A stretch of 64,000 bases of DNA from Cyclobacteriaceae bacterium (GTDB lineage Bacteria; Bacteroidota; Bacteroidia; Cytophagales; Cyclobacteriaceae). The DNA lies in NCBI GenBank assembly GCA_021648745.1, contig JAKISE010000001.1, positions 10,716 through 74,715 of the forward strand, given 5' to 3'. Positions 17,697 through 27,333 of this stretch are shown here, one piece after another (position 1 is the first letter of the stretch; each line of letters opens with the position of its first letter). A program made the translations under genes and the position numbers. The notes below the pieces were generated by a model, which ran no database searches, was not told the origin of the DNA, and saw only the letters and a program-made list of their open reading frames with translations.

Positions 17697-19747
17697 TGTA
17701 TATCCAATATTTTGAGTTCTACTCTTCTGTTTCTTGCACGGTTTTCATCAGTATCATTTGAAACCAGCGGTGTGCTTTCTCCATATCCTTTTGCTTGAAA
17801 TTTTGATGATGCCACCCTATTATCAATTAAATATTCTACCACACTTTGCGCCCTCCTGTCCGACAAAATCGTATTATACTGTGCTGACCCTACGTCATCG
17901 GTATGGGCGGCAATTTCTACCACTAACGTTGGATTTTCAATCATTAATTTTACAACACGCTGAAGCTCAATATACGAGCTTTCGGAAAGTTGAACAGAAT
18001 TAGATTCAAAATTTATGTTCTTTAACGTAAGCTTAGCATCTATCTCTAGCTTCGTTAATTTCATTCCTATTTTCTCATTCGAACCAACACCACTTGACGT
18101 TAAATCAATAGTAGTAGAGTTAAAGGCATACCCATCGCTACTAGTAGATTCTATTTCATACCTGTCTCCTGCTCTTAATTCTACAAACTCATTACCATAA
18201 GCTTCAATTACCTCATCTCTGGATTTGTTCCTAATAATAATTTTAGACCTGATTTTACTGTTATTTTTAATATCTGCCACATCCAAAAATATTCGAACTT
18301 TCTCGGGCTGTAATTCCAGATCTTTCTCATATGCCCTATAAATAATTAAGCCCGTTAAATCCAACGAAAATGAGGCTCCTTTAAAATGAGGCGCACTAAT
18401 AAATACCTCATACTCTTTACCCAAAGGTAAATCCAACACTACCCGTCCATTATTCGATATAGTTTTTACTTCTTCAATAAAGGAACTCGACCCTTGTTCT
18501 TTAAATTTTACATCTGCTTCTAAGGCTTCAAATAATTCCAAATCGCTTACGGTTAAGGTAAGTTTGGCCGAAGTAAATAATTGAATATCTAATACATACT
18601 CTGTGTATTTTTTTGTTTTTCGTAAGTCATAGGTTGAGGCATAGGTCGAATAACCATCTGCTTTAAACTCAATGTTGTAATTTCTGCCTGCAGCTAACAC
18701 CAAGGCATATTTCCCATCGGCAGGACTACTTCTCGACCTCATTACTTCTTTAGTGGTACGTGCATCGGTAATTATAATTTCGGTTTCAACACCTTCTCCT
18801 GAATCTTGGTTGGTAATACTACCTGAAACAACATTATTTACAAACTGCCGGAACCTCTCAGGAATTTCGACAGTGTAAATATCTTTAGAGGCATACGTGA
18901 AATACATTAAGTCGCCTGAAGCTGAAATACATGAAAATTGGTCACTTTTATCAGTATTTACAAACCCAAGATTTACTGGCAAACTCCATTCGCCCAAAAT
19001 ATTTTTTTGCGATTGAAATAAATCATAATCCAATTTATCTTCTGACCGGATGGCGGAGAATATTAATGTTTTATTATCGGCCATAATTCTGGGTGCCTTT
19101 GTAGAATATAAGTTTATAGTTGAAGAAAGCTCTTTTGGCTTAGACCAAACTCCGTCAACGCTTCTGCTCGATTGGTAAATAGCATAGGGAAATGTGATCG
19201 CTTTTCGAACCGATCTATTCTCAATTTCATCCAATGCCCGCTCCTTAACGAAATACAATGTTTTGAAATCTGCCGAAATGGATGGAAACCCTTCATAACC
19301 AGCCGAATTTACTTCTTTCCCTAGATTTATAGGAGCACTCCACCCATCGGCCTCACGGGTTGAATAATAAATATCTTCTCGCCCAAAGCCAGAGTCGAAC
19401 GTAGCAAAATACAGCAAAAAGTTGCCATCAAAACTAAGAGATGGCCCTCCAATCAAATCATTATCAGCACCAAAATTATTTATGCTATCTAGCGAAACTG
19501 GTTCTGACCAAACACCATCCTCAATTAATTTTGATTCGTATAAATTATATTTTACACCATCTTTTCTGTTCGATTGAAAAACCATAGTTTTACCATCGGC
19601 ACTAATGGAAGGAGAGTACTCAATAAAATCAGCCGTATTAATTCCCTTAGCCGGTATTTGACGCATCAGGCTGTCTTGTGCTAAGCCTACTGTGCTCAAA
19701 CAAAGCAAACTAAAACAAATTAATATGGTTTTAGAAGTTGAGGTCAT
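17693..19747 (-). CDS. OmpA-family protein with TolB-like (PD40) beta-propeller repeats
   Basis: C-terminal OmpA domain NINFESNSVQL...AHTDDVGSAQYNTILSDRRAQSV...NRRVELKI. N-terminal PD40-like repeats (EYSPSISADGKTMVFQS). Start at MTSTSK gives an ATGA overlap with the CHAT gene stop. Confidence 0.85.
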   Translation of the reverse strand: MTSTSKTILICFSLLCLSTVGLAQDSLMRQIPAKGINTADFIEYSPSISADGKTMVFQSNRKDGVKYNLYESKLIEDGVWSEPVSLDSINNFGADNDLIGGPSLSFDGNFLLYFATFDSGFGREDIYYSTREADGWSAPINLGKEVNSAGYEGFPSISADFKTLYFVKERALDEIENRSVRKAITFPYAIYQSSRSVDGVWSKPKELSSTINLYSTKAPRIMADNKTLIFSAIRSEDKLDYDLFQSQKNILGEWSLPVNLGFVNTDKSDQFSCISASGDLMYFTYASKDIYTVEIPERFRQFVNNVVSGSITNQDSGEGVETEIIITDARTTKEVMRSRSSPADGKYALVLAAGRNYNIEFKADGYSTYASTYDLRKTKKYTEYVLDIQLFTSAKLTLTVSDLELFEALEADVKFKEQGSSSFIEEVKTISNNGRVVLDLPLGKEYEVFISAPHFKGASFSLDLTGLIIYRAYEKDLELQPEKVRIFLDVADIKNNSKIRSKIIIRNKSRDEVIEAYGNEFVELRAGDRYEIESTSSDGYAFNSTTIDLTSSGVGSNEKIGMKLTKLEIDAKLTLKNINFESNSVQLSESSYIELQRVVKLMIENPTLVVEIAAHTDDVGSAQYNTILSDRRAQSVVEYLIDNRVASSKFQAKGYGESTPLVSNDTDENRARNRRVELKILDIQ

Positions 19748-22700
19748 ATACCTATCATAATAAATGCTCCCCAATAATACGGGTATTTATACTCTTTTTG
19801 AATTTCTAATTGCGCTTTTTGCAAGGCTTCATGCTTATTTACACCACTCATCCAAAACTTATAAAATAACGACATCAACTTTTGAGTTGCGTCATCATCA
19901 ACCTTCCATAAACTCATTAATAACGTATGTGCACCCGCAACAATAAATGCCCGTTGCAATCCGTAAACACCTTCTCCATTTTGCACATCGCCTAAGGCTG
20001 TTTCACAGGCCGACAACACCACAAGCTCCGTTTGGTCAAGATTCATGTTCATTACTTCGTAAGCTGTTAGTATTCCTGCATTGTCAATTTCAATATTATC
20101 GTCACCTGCACCAGCTAAAAGTAAGCCAGACCTAAATAATGGATTATCTAAAAAATTCGAATTTCCTTTGTTAGCTTGTAAAAAAAATCCGTGTGCTGCA
20201 ATATGAAGTAATTCAGGGCTCTTTTGAATCATTATTTGTTTTTGAGCCTCTTCTCCTAGAAAAACACTAACTCCCCAGCCATTTTCCTTCATAATTTTAG
20301 CTATATCGTCCACCTCAATTTTTGTGGCTGGTAACTGAGAAATTGTACCAAAATTATAGCTCCGTTGTGGCTGAATTGAAGCCAATTTCTCACTATTGTG
20401 GTAATAGGGATCTGCTATTAATAAAGCGTTTTTGTTTTTAACACTCTGTCGTGCTTCCCCTAGCAAATCTCTTGTAGAGCTTACGTATTGCACGTTTTGC
20501 AACTGGTTTAGATAAGTGCTACTAGCAACATTATAAAGCGAGTTGGCATTAACTTTATTAAAAACCCCATCTGCCGACAGTAAAATTATTTTAAACTGTT
20601 TAGTTACAGGTTCTAGAGGTTGCCAAAAACTATTATAGCTAAAATCATCTTCTGTTTTATAGGCTATGGAGTTATTATACCCATGTAAGTATTTATCCTC
20701 CAACAGCTTACCGTTAGGATATACAATAAGGGTAGGACTTAAAAATGAAGTACTAATGGCAAGGGCTATATAAGTTACAGAGTCTATATTATCATTCGAA
20801 TTTCTTTCAATTCTTATCAATTCAATTCCAATTTGGTCCTTATTTAACTTGGCCTGTACATCTTGCCAAACAACTCGCTTTTTATCAAATTCATTTGCGA
20901 ACGCTTCAGACGCTAGCGATAGCTTCTTCTCTTTTCGATTTACCTCCTCTTCAAAATCAGAAATACTAATTCCTTCTCCTACAAGTTTGGCCTTACTATA
21001 AGTATAGTAAACAGCCAATTGTTCTTTTAGTAACTGCCACTCTGTGAAGTCAGCTATTAGCTCAGTATTATTGCTTGACAGAATTCGTTCTCGGGTTTTA
21101 TTAACAGAGTTTAGCAAAATAGCCTTTGTGGCAATTTGAATATTGTATAACTGCCCAAGGACGGCATCGTCCTTTTTAAAATTAATATAATATTCTAATA
21201 AAAATTCTTTGTACCGATTAAAAACAGGTGTTATTTTCTTGTAAAAAGCTGTTTTCTCGCGCTCACTTAGGTTAGGAAAATACTTTATAATTTGACTTAA
21301 ATAGAGATTACAAACTTTATCGAAATCAGTTTTAGCAAGTTCGAAATTATTCATTTGTTGCCTTAGCACTGCCCTACTAAAAAGGGCTGCCGTGTACGAT
21401 GGATGGTTTTCATCAAAGAGCTGAGCTCTAATATCAATTACTTGGTTTAAAAGACTATCTGCGAGCGTGTAATCTTTTTCATCGCCAGCCAAAACAGCAA
21501 GGTTATGTAATGTATTTGCATAGGAGGGGTGATTGATTCCAAAAGTGTTTTTTTGAATGTCCAAAGCTTCGATAAATAGTGGCTTTGCCTCTTCAAGTTT
21601 ATTTTCATTCTGAAGTAGCGATGCATAATTATGTAAGGAAATGGCATAATTAGGACTTTTTAAGCCAAAAATATCTTTATTCAATTCAACCGTTTCAGAT
21701 AGTAACTCAAGCGCCTTCGTTTGCTCTCCTTTTAAACTGTACAGGGTTGCAAGATTTTCTTCTGTAAGCACATAATCTATCAGGTTTGCACCTTTATTAT
21801 TTTTATAGATTTGCAAAGCATCATTAAACTGATTTTGAGCTTCATCTAATCTGCCCATTTGTTGAAACAAAATCCCTAAATTATTATAAATGGCAGCTGC
21901 TGCCATCGATTTATCGTCCACAACGGCAAGTGCTTGTTTAAAAAGAGGTTCTGAAATATCATAAGCTCCTTTGTCTTTTGCCAAGGTTGCCTGCCGTAAT
22001 AATATATCTGCATATTCATTGCTTTGCTCGCCATAGGTTGATGCAGCTATTATTAATGCTTTAGTATATTGTTTTTCAGCCTCGGCTAAATTGCCTTTGG
22101 CATGGTATAAACTACCTGTGTTTTGCAAAAACCTAAGTTGGAGCGCAGGGTTACTTGATTTAAGCTCATGTTCAATTGCTGCTAATAGTTGTTCTGCCTC
22201 GGCAAACTTTCCAGATGCTTGCAATAACGACATATAGTTAAAGGCAATATTATTATACAACTGCGTGTTGGTTTTTGCAGGTACCGCTGTTAAGGCATCC
22301 TTATAATTTATGGCTGCCAATTCATAATCTCCTACAGATTGATAATACCCTCCGAGCTCATTAAAAATACTTCCTCGTTCAGTTCCTCTCCAATCTTCTT
22401 TTTTTGATAAGTTTAGTTTAGAAATGCTTGCAGAAGCAGCTTCTTTTTGTCCTATTGATAAGAGTAACCTTGCGCTGCCTATTATTGATTTTTGATAAAC
22501 TACAGAAGTTTCTACAGAACTAGCAATGGCTTCTTGATAAAGCACTAGGGCTTTTTCCTTATTACCCAATGTACGATAGGCTGTAGCTGTGTTATAGCTA
22601 ATATTTCCTAGTGCCTCCTTATCAATAGGTTGATTGTTTTTTAAGATAAACAGAGCACTATCAAATAAATGACTTGCTCCATTAGCATCTCCGCTATTAA

Positions 22701-23697
22701 GTAGCACCGTAGCTTGGTTCGCAAGCAAAAATGCTGCTTGGTTACTCCCAGCTTCAAGGGATGAGCCAATCTCGTCTAAAAGCGCCTTAGACTCTTCATG
22801 TTTACCTTGCCTAGCCAGATTGTCTGCCAATAACTTTGTCGTGTTTATGTATTCTGTCGATTGCTTATCCGAAAGCCTGCTGAGGGCCAGACTATAATGA
22901 ACGGCTCCTGCACTATATTCAGCTAGCTCCGTTTCTGCCTTCCCCATCTCAATTAATGCATCAACCACTTCTGGGTTATTATCGTATTCAGGCGGATAAT
23001 AATCTAGCATTATCTTTAAATACTTAATACCCGCATGGTAGTCTTTTAAAGCTACACAAGCCTTGCCGTAAGTGTAGCAAAACGAAAGGTACTCTGCCGG
23101 CAATTCTTCTGATTGCTCCAATACCTCAAGCACTTTTTTAAATTGCTCGTAAGATTGTTCTAAATCGCCACTCCCATATAATGCACTTGCTAAGTGGCCT
23201 TGCTTTATAGCTTTTTCGGTTAGATCATAATCTATTGTAACAGAAACAAGGTTACTCGCTTCTTGCAAAATATAAACGGCAGAATCATATTGTTCATTTG
23301 CCGAGTAAAGTACTCCCAAAATATCAAGTGCATCGATATAACTTGCTTCATTTACGTTTACGGCCTTCCTCCAAGAGCTAACTTCTTTGTTTGCGTAAAC
23401 AATGCCCTCATTTAAATTCTGCAGATCATAGCTCACCACCGATAATTGCCTTAGAATAGCTCGATAATTATTATGGTTTATATCATACTGTTTTTGATAA
23501 AGTTGTTCACTTCGCATGGCTTCATCTAGCGCTTTAGCAGCATTGCCATCATTATACAATTCAACTGAATTATTATAGGCCGTTAGCCAATCTTGAGATA
23601 AGACAGGACTAGAACTAATTAATAATGTGAACGCAGTTAGGGCAACAACAAATACTTTAATTCTACTTGATAAGTAGTTAATATAGTTACGAAGCAT
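19744..23697 (-). CDS. TPR-repeat / CHAT-domain (caspase-like) protein, exported (1317 aa)
   Basis: Signal peptide. About 800 aa of TPR-like repeats. C-terminal CHAT dyad LLHIAAHGFF (His) and LVVLSACETALG (Cys). Confidence 0.85.
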   Translation of the reverse strand: MLRNYINYLSSRIKVFVVALTAFTLLISSSPVLSQDWLTAYNNSVELYNDGNAAKALDEAMRSEQLYQKQYDINHNNYRAILRQLSVVSYDLQNLNEGIVYANKEVSSWRKAVNVNEASYIDALDILGVLYSANEQYDSAVYILQEASNLVSVTIDYDLTEKAIKQGHLASALYGSGDLEQSYEQFKKVLEVLEQSEELPAEYLSFCYTYGKACVALKDYHAGIKYLKIMLDYYPPEYDNNPEVVDALIEMGKAETELAEYSAGAVHYSLALSRLSDKQSTEYINTTKLLADNLARQGKHEESKALLDEIGSSLEAGSNQAAFLLANQATVLLNSGDANGASHLFDSALFILKNNQPIDKEALGNISYNTATAYRTLGNKEKALVLYQEAIASSVETSVVYQKSIIGSARLLLSIGQKEAASASISKLNLSKKEDWRGTERGSIFNELGGYYQSVGDYELAAINYKDALTAVPAKTNTQLYNNIAFNYMSLLQASGKFAEAEQLLAAIEHELKSSNPALQLRFLQNTGSLYHAKGNLAEAEKQYTKALIIAASTYGEQSNEYADILLRQATLAKDKGAYDISEPLFKQALAVVDDKSMAAAAIYNNLGILFQQMGRLDEAQNQFNDALQIYKNNKGANLIDYVLTEENLATLYSLKGEQTKALELLSETVELNKDIFGLKSPNYAISLHNYASLLQNENKLEEAKPLFIEALDIQKNTFGINHPSYANTLHNLAVLAGDEKDYTLADSLLNQVIDIRAQLFDENHPSYTAALFSRAVLRQQMNNFELAKTDFDKVCNLYLSQIIKYFPNLSEREKTAFYKKITPVFNRYKEFLLEYYINFKKDDAVLGQLYNIQIATKAILLNSVNKTRERILSSNNTELIADFTEWQLLKEQLAVYYTYSKAKLVGEGISISDFEEEVNRKEKKLSLASEAFANEFDKKRVVWQDVQAKLNKDQIGIELIRIERNSNDNIDSVTYIALAISTSFLSPTLIVYPNGKLLEDKYLHGYNNSIAYKTEDDFSYNSFWQPLEPVTKQFKIILLSADGVFNKVNANSLYNVASSTYLNQLQNVQYVSSTRDLLGEARQSVKNKNALLIADPYYHNSEKLASIQPQRSYNFGTISQLPATKIEVDDIAKIMKENGWGVSVFLGEEAQKQIMIQKSPELLHIAAHGFFLQANKGNSNFLDNPLFRSGLLLAGAGDDNIEIDNAGILTAYEVMNMNLDQTELVVLSACETALGDVQNGEGVYGLQRAFIVAGAHTLLMSLWKVDDDATQKLMSLFYKFWMSGVNKHEALQKAQLEIQKEYKYPYYWGAFIMIGI

Positions 23698-23963
23698 TTT
23701 TTACAAATATTTATAATCTAATAATAAATATAGGGAAAAGAATAGTAAAATTCCAGTATTAATCGATTAGCTGAGGCACAAACCTGCTCTATTGAGAAAA
23801 CAAATTAACGAAGCCTTTCAATTTATTAGTTTGAGCGTTTTCATCTAACACCTTGTTTTATCACCAAATTAGACCGCTTATCAAAACCTGTACAAAATTA
23901 TTATAAGATTGTACAACTTTTTGAGTGAAAGGTGCATCTATATAACAAACACGGTCAAACAAC

Positions 23964-24236
23964 ATGCTTTCAAGGTCAAAAGGTCGACATAAATTTACTT
24001 TTCAACAACTATCATTGTCACTCAACCCTAAGATAGTCAAAAACATAATTATTGGCATTGGGCTAGTATCATCACTAGTTGCATTTCTAATGATTTTAGA
24101 TTTTGCTGGGTTGAAGCTGGAATCCCTGCAAGTAGAAGATATCAGTCATTGGAAGAATATTTCAATGGCTGATATCTTGACCGGTTTTGGCAATGCTTTT
24201 ATATCGATATTAGGAAGTATTCCAATATCATTTTAA
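23964..24236 (+). CDS. Possible small membrane protein
   Basis: 90-aa ORF with one clear TM segment. No other support. Confidence 0.3.
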   Translation: MLSRSKGRHKFTFQQLSLSLNPKIVKNIIIGIGLVSSLVAFLMILDFAGLKLESLQVEDISHWKNISMADILTGFGNAFISILGSIPISF

Positions 24237-24273
24237 TTAACACATTAAGAGGGGAGGCTTCTGCACACCTCCA

Positions 24274-24723
24274 TTAAAACTCAATTTGTTCTTTATAACT
24301 TATGGGAATGGTTTGGGCAAAACCAAAACTGGCTACTTTAATGTTTCCTTTAAATTCAAGTTCAACAGACTTCTTTCTTAATAAAGAAGCCAAGTTAGAT
24401 AACAAGCCTTTTTGCAATTTATTCATAGATATTTCTAACGAAAGGGGCACTTCGAAATTAGTGTTTGCACCAACAACAAGTTTTTCAATATGTGTAACAT
24501 GTGCAAGTGTATCGCCTTGGTATAACACATAAATATTAGCACTTTTCAATTTCCCTTTAGCATCGTTGGGGTTGTGAAATGCGGCATTAGTTCTAATCAG
24601 CAGTTTGCCATTTTTAATACCGTTCACTTTTACATCTTTCAATCCTAAAAATTGAATGTCTTCATACTCTTTACACGCAATTGTACTAAATGCAATTACT
24701 AAAAACAGGACTATTTTTTTCAT
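24274..24723 (-). CDS. LEA_2-like lipoprotein
   Basis: Lipobox FSTIAC. Beta-rich 149 aa resembling the LEA14 / water-stress family. Confidence 0.5.
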   Translation of the reverse strand: MKKIVLFLVIAFSTIACKEYEDIQFLGLKDVKVNGIKNGKLLIRTNAAFHNPNDAKGKLKSANIYVLYQGDTLAHVTHIEKLVVGANTNFEVPLSLEISMNKLQKGLLSNLASLLRKKSVELEFKGNIKVASFGFAQTIPISYKEQIEF

Positions 24724-24724
24724 G

Positions 24725-26089
24725 TTAATATTCTATTAATCGTTCGTAAATACCCTTGTTAATAAAGGTGTTTAAAATATGCTGTACATTGCGGTTGTTC
24801 GAGTACGATTTAATCACTTCATTTATTGCGTTTGTTCCACTATTAACTATCTGCAAAGGAGCAAAGCCAAAGCCCACATACCTGCCGTCTTTTACTTGCA
24901 CAATAGTACGTTCATTTAATGATCGTCCTTTGTCAACCACAAAAACATTTTGAATGGTAAATCTAAAGGTGCTTAACGCTTCCATCACTCGCTTGTTATA
25001 CTCTTCAGAAAGTTCCTTGCCAATACAAGCACCGTTACACTGCTTAATTTTATAATGAAAACATGCTCCCTTAGATTTGTTTAAATTAGTTAACGTAAGG
25101 CAAAGATTAAACTCTTCATTCAATTTGTAGAGATGCTCTATTCCTTCTTTTCGAGACCCATAAGCAGTTAAAGGCAATGAGCCTTCTTTAATTTTTCTTA
25201 ACTCCAGTCGAACGAAGCCGTCTAATTGCTGATCTGTAAATAGGCCATATTGAAAGTAGGTACGCTTTTGAGCACTATTGAAAAACGGTTTTTTTTCTTT
25301 AATTTCATTCGATTCTTTTAGCAATGCCACTAGCTCGCTTCCTGTAATTTCAAAATCTATGTCTGCAATTTCTTTGCGCATTGCCAGACCTTTTTTTGTC
25401 TGACTATTAAGCATATGAGTCATTACACGTTTGCGAATATTTTTGCTTTTTCCTACATAAATCAATTCTTGATCCGAATTAAAGAAATAATAGACCCCTG
25501 CATCTTGAGGTAGCGTATTTATTTGCTCTGCACTAATATTAGCATTTTCAAATTTAGGATCACAGGGTTTTATGTTTCCTGAAACTATCTTTTTTGAATC
25601 TAATGAAATCAAAATTTCAAATAACTTAACAGTGGCCTCTGCATCTCCTCCTGCGCGGTGCCGGCCATTTATCTCTATGCCTAAATTATCAGCCAATTTG
25701 CCTAAGCTATACGAAGGCTGGAGCGGAATGAGTTTGCGGCTAAGTTTTACGGTGCACAGTTTTTCTCGTGTAAAATCAAATCCTAATTTTTTAAATTCTG
25801 CCCTGATAATGGTGTAATCAAAGTTTACGGAGTGGGCTACAAAAATAGCGCCCTCTGTAATCTCAATGATTTGTTTGGCAACTTCAAAAAACTTAGGTGC
25901 CCCAACCACCATATCATTACTAATGCCTGTAAGTTGGGTGATAAATGGAGGAATGTAAGTTTCAGGATCAATTAAGGTAATAAAGGTGTCAACCACCTGT
26001 TCGCCATCGTGCCGATACACCGCAATTTCAGTTATTTTGGAGTTCTTTAAACTGCCTCCATTTGTTTCAATATCCACGATGGCATACAT
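24725..26089 (-). CDS. DnaQ-like 3'-5' exonuclease fused to a GIY-YIG nuclease domain
   Basis: MYAIVDIETNGG (ExoI). GVYYFFNSDQELIYVGKSKNIRKRV (GIY-YIG). Confidence 0.8.
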   Translation of the reverse strand: MYAIVDIETNGGSLKNSKITEIAVYRHDGEQVVDTFITLIDPETYIPPFITQLTGISNDMVVGAPKFFEVAKQIIEITEGAIFVAHSVNFDYTIIRAEFKKLGFDFTREKLCTVKLSRKLIPLQPSYSLGKLADNLGIEINGRHRAGGDAEATVKLFEILISLDSKKIVSGNIKPCDPKFENANISAEQINTLPQDAGVYYFFNSDQELIYVGKSKNIRKRVMTHMLNSQTKKGLAMRKEIADIDFEITGSELVALLKESNEIKEKKPFFNSAQKRTYFQYGLFTDQQLDGFVRLELRKIKEGSLPLTAYGSRKEGIEHLYKLNEEFNLCLTLTNLNKSKGACFHYKIKQCNGACIGKELSEEYNKRVMEALSTFRFTIQNVFVVDKGRSLNERTIVQVKDGRYVGFGFAPLQIVNSGTNAINEVIKSYSNNRNVQHILNTFINKGIYERLIEY

Positions 26090-26108
26090 TTTTCAAATAT
26101 ACATACAA

Positions 26109-26201
26109 CCTTCAGTCATCGGATGAATGTTTTTCAAAATGCTTCTGAAGGTTAGAAGTAATGGTGATTTTTATGGGCAAATCATCCGATGACTTTGAAG
26201 G
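26109..26201. repeat. 93-bp palindromic element in a divergent intergenic region
   Basis: Arms ccttcagtcatcggatga (26109-26126) and tcatccgatgac-tt-tgaagg (26182-26201). An internal ctgaagg (26145-26151) could pair alternatively with the left arm. Confidence 0.5.
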
Positions 26202-26270
26202 AATGACAATCCTAGATGAAAGTTTTATCAATACTATCACTATTTTTGCCCTCCAATTTGACTATTAGAA

Positions 26271-27269
26271 ATGAAAAAATATAACGTATATGGCATTGGT
26301 AATGCCTTGGTAGATATTGAATTTGAAGTAGAAGAAGAATTCTTTAAAGAAAATGAGATTGAAAAAGGTGTTATGACCTTAGTTGATGAAGAACGCCAAA
26401 CAAAAATGGTAAAGGCCATTGATGGAGAACGAATCAAAAAACAAGGGGGTGGTTCAGCAGCTAACACAATGATTGGTGTGAGCCAATTTGGAGGAAGCGG
26501 GTTTTATTCGTGCAAAGTTGCTAATGATGATTATGGCAAGTTTTACATGAACGACCTTACCAAAGCAGGGTTGGACACAAACCTTAATCAAGACAAACTT
26601 GAAGAAGGTATTACAGGAAAATGCTTGGTAATGGTTACACCTGATGCTGATAGAACAATGAATACTTTTTTAGGCATTACTGCCACATTAGATAGTTCTG
26701 CTATTAATGAAGAGGCTATTAAAAATGCAGATTATGTATATATTGAAGGCTATCTAATTACTTCGGATAATGGCAAAGAGGCAATGAAACAAACCAAAGC
26801 ATTGGCAGAAAAGCATGGTGTTAAAACAAGTATTACTTTGTCTGACCCAGCCATTGTTAATTTCTTTAAGCCTAGTTTTGAAGAAGTAATTGGCAAAGGC
26901 GTTGATCTTCTTTTTTGCAATGAGAATGAAGCCATGCAATACACAGGAACCGATAATTTATTAGAAGCTCGTGAAAAATTAAAGTTCATCGCCAAGCGAT
27001 TTGCTATCACTTTAGGTAAAAATGGAGCCATGATTTTTGATGGTGATACGTTTATAGATATTGAGTCGTATAAAGTAGATGCTATTGACAGTAATGGTGC
27101 AGGCGATATGTTTGCAGGAGCCTTTTTATATGGAATTACCAACGGACATAGTTATGCCAATGCTGGAAAAATTGCAAGTCTGGCGGCTTCTAAAATAGTG
27201 TCTAAGTTTGGGCCAAGGTTAGAAGAGGGACAAGCGAAGGAAATTTTAACTAGTGTTGTAGTTGCTTAG
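26271..27269 (+). CDS. Adenosine kinase / PfkB-family sugar kinase
   Basis: GGGSAANT and DSNGAGDMFAGAFLYG PfkB signatures. Confidence 0.8.
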   Translation: MKKYNVYGIGNALVDIEFEVEEEFFKENEIEKGVMTLVDEERQTKMVKAIDGERIKKQGGGSAANTMIGVSQFGGSGFYSCKVANDDYGKFYMNDLTKAGLDTNLNQDKLEEGITGKCLVMVTPDADRTMNTFLGITATLDSSAINEEAIKNADYVYIEGYLITSDNGKEAMKQTKALAEKHGVKTSITLSDPAIVNFFKPSFEEVIGKGVDLLFCNENEAMQYTGTDNLLEAREKLKFIAKRFAITLGKNGAMIFDGDTFIDIESYKVDAIDSNGAGDMFAGAFLYGITNGHSYANAGKIASLAASKIVSKFGPRLEEGQAKEILTSVVVA

Positions 27270-27276
27270 TTTGATG

Positions 27277-27333
27277 GTGTTGTAGTGATTAAGTTTATGG
27301 GGTTTAAACCACAACACTTAAACACTACAACAC
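27277..27333. terminator. Bidirectional terminator between convergent genes
   Basis: 18-bp stem gtgttgtagtgattaagt / acttaaacactacaacac with one mismatch. Confidence 0.55.

Noticed and set aside
19744-23697. TPR-CHAT protein as a Csx29-like effector of a type III-E CRISPR system linked to the cas genes in this window.
   Set aside because: It has an N-terminal signal peptide and is translationally coupled to exported OmpA/TolB-like proteins. No cas7-11 or other type III genes are present, and it lies 14 kb from an unrelated type II locus.
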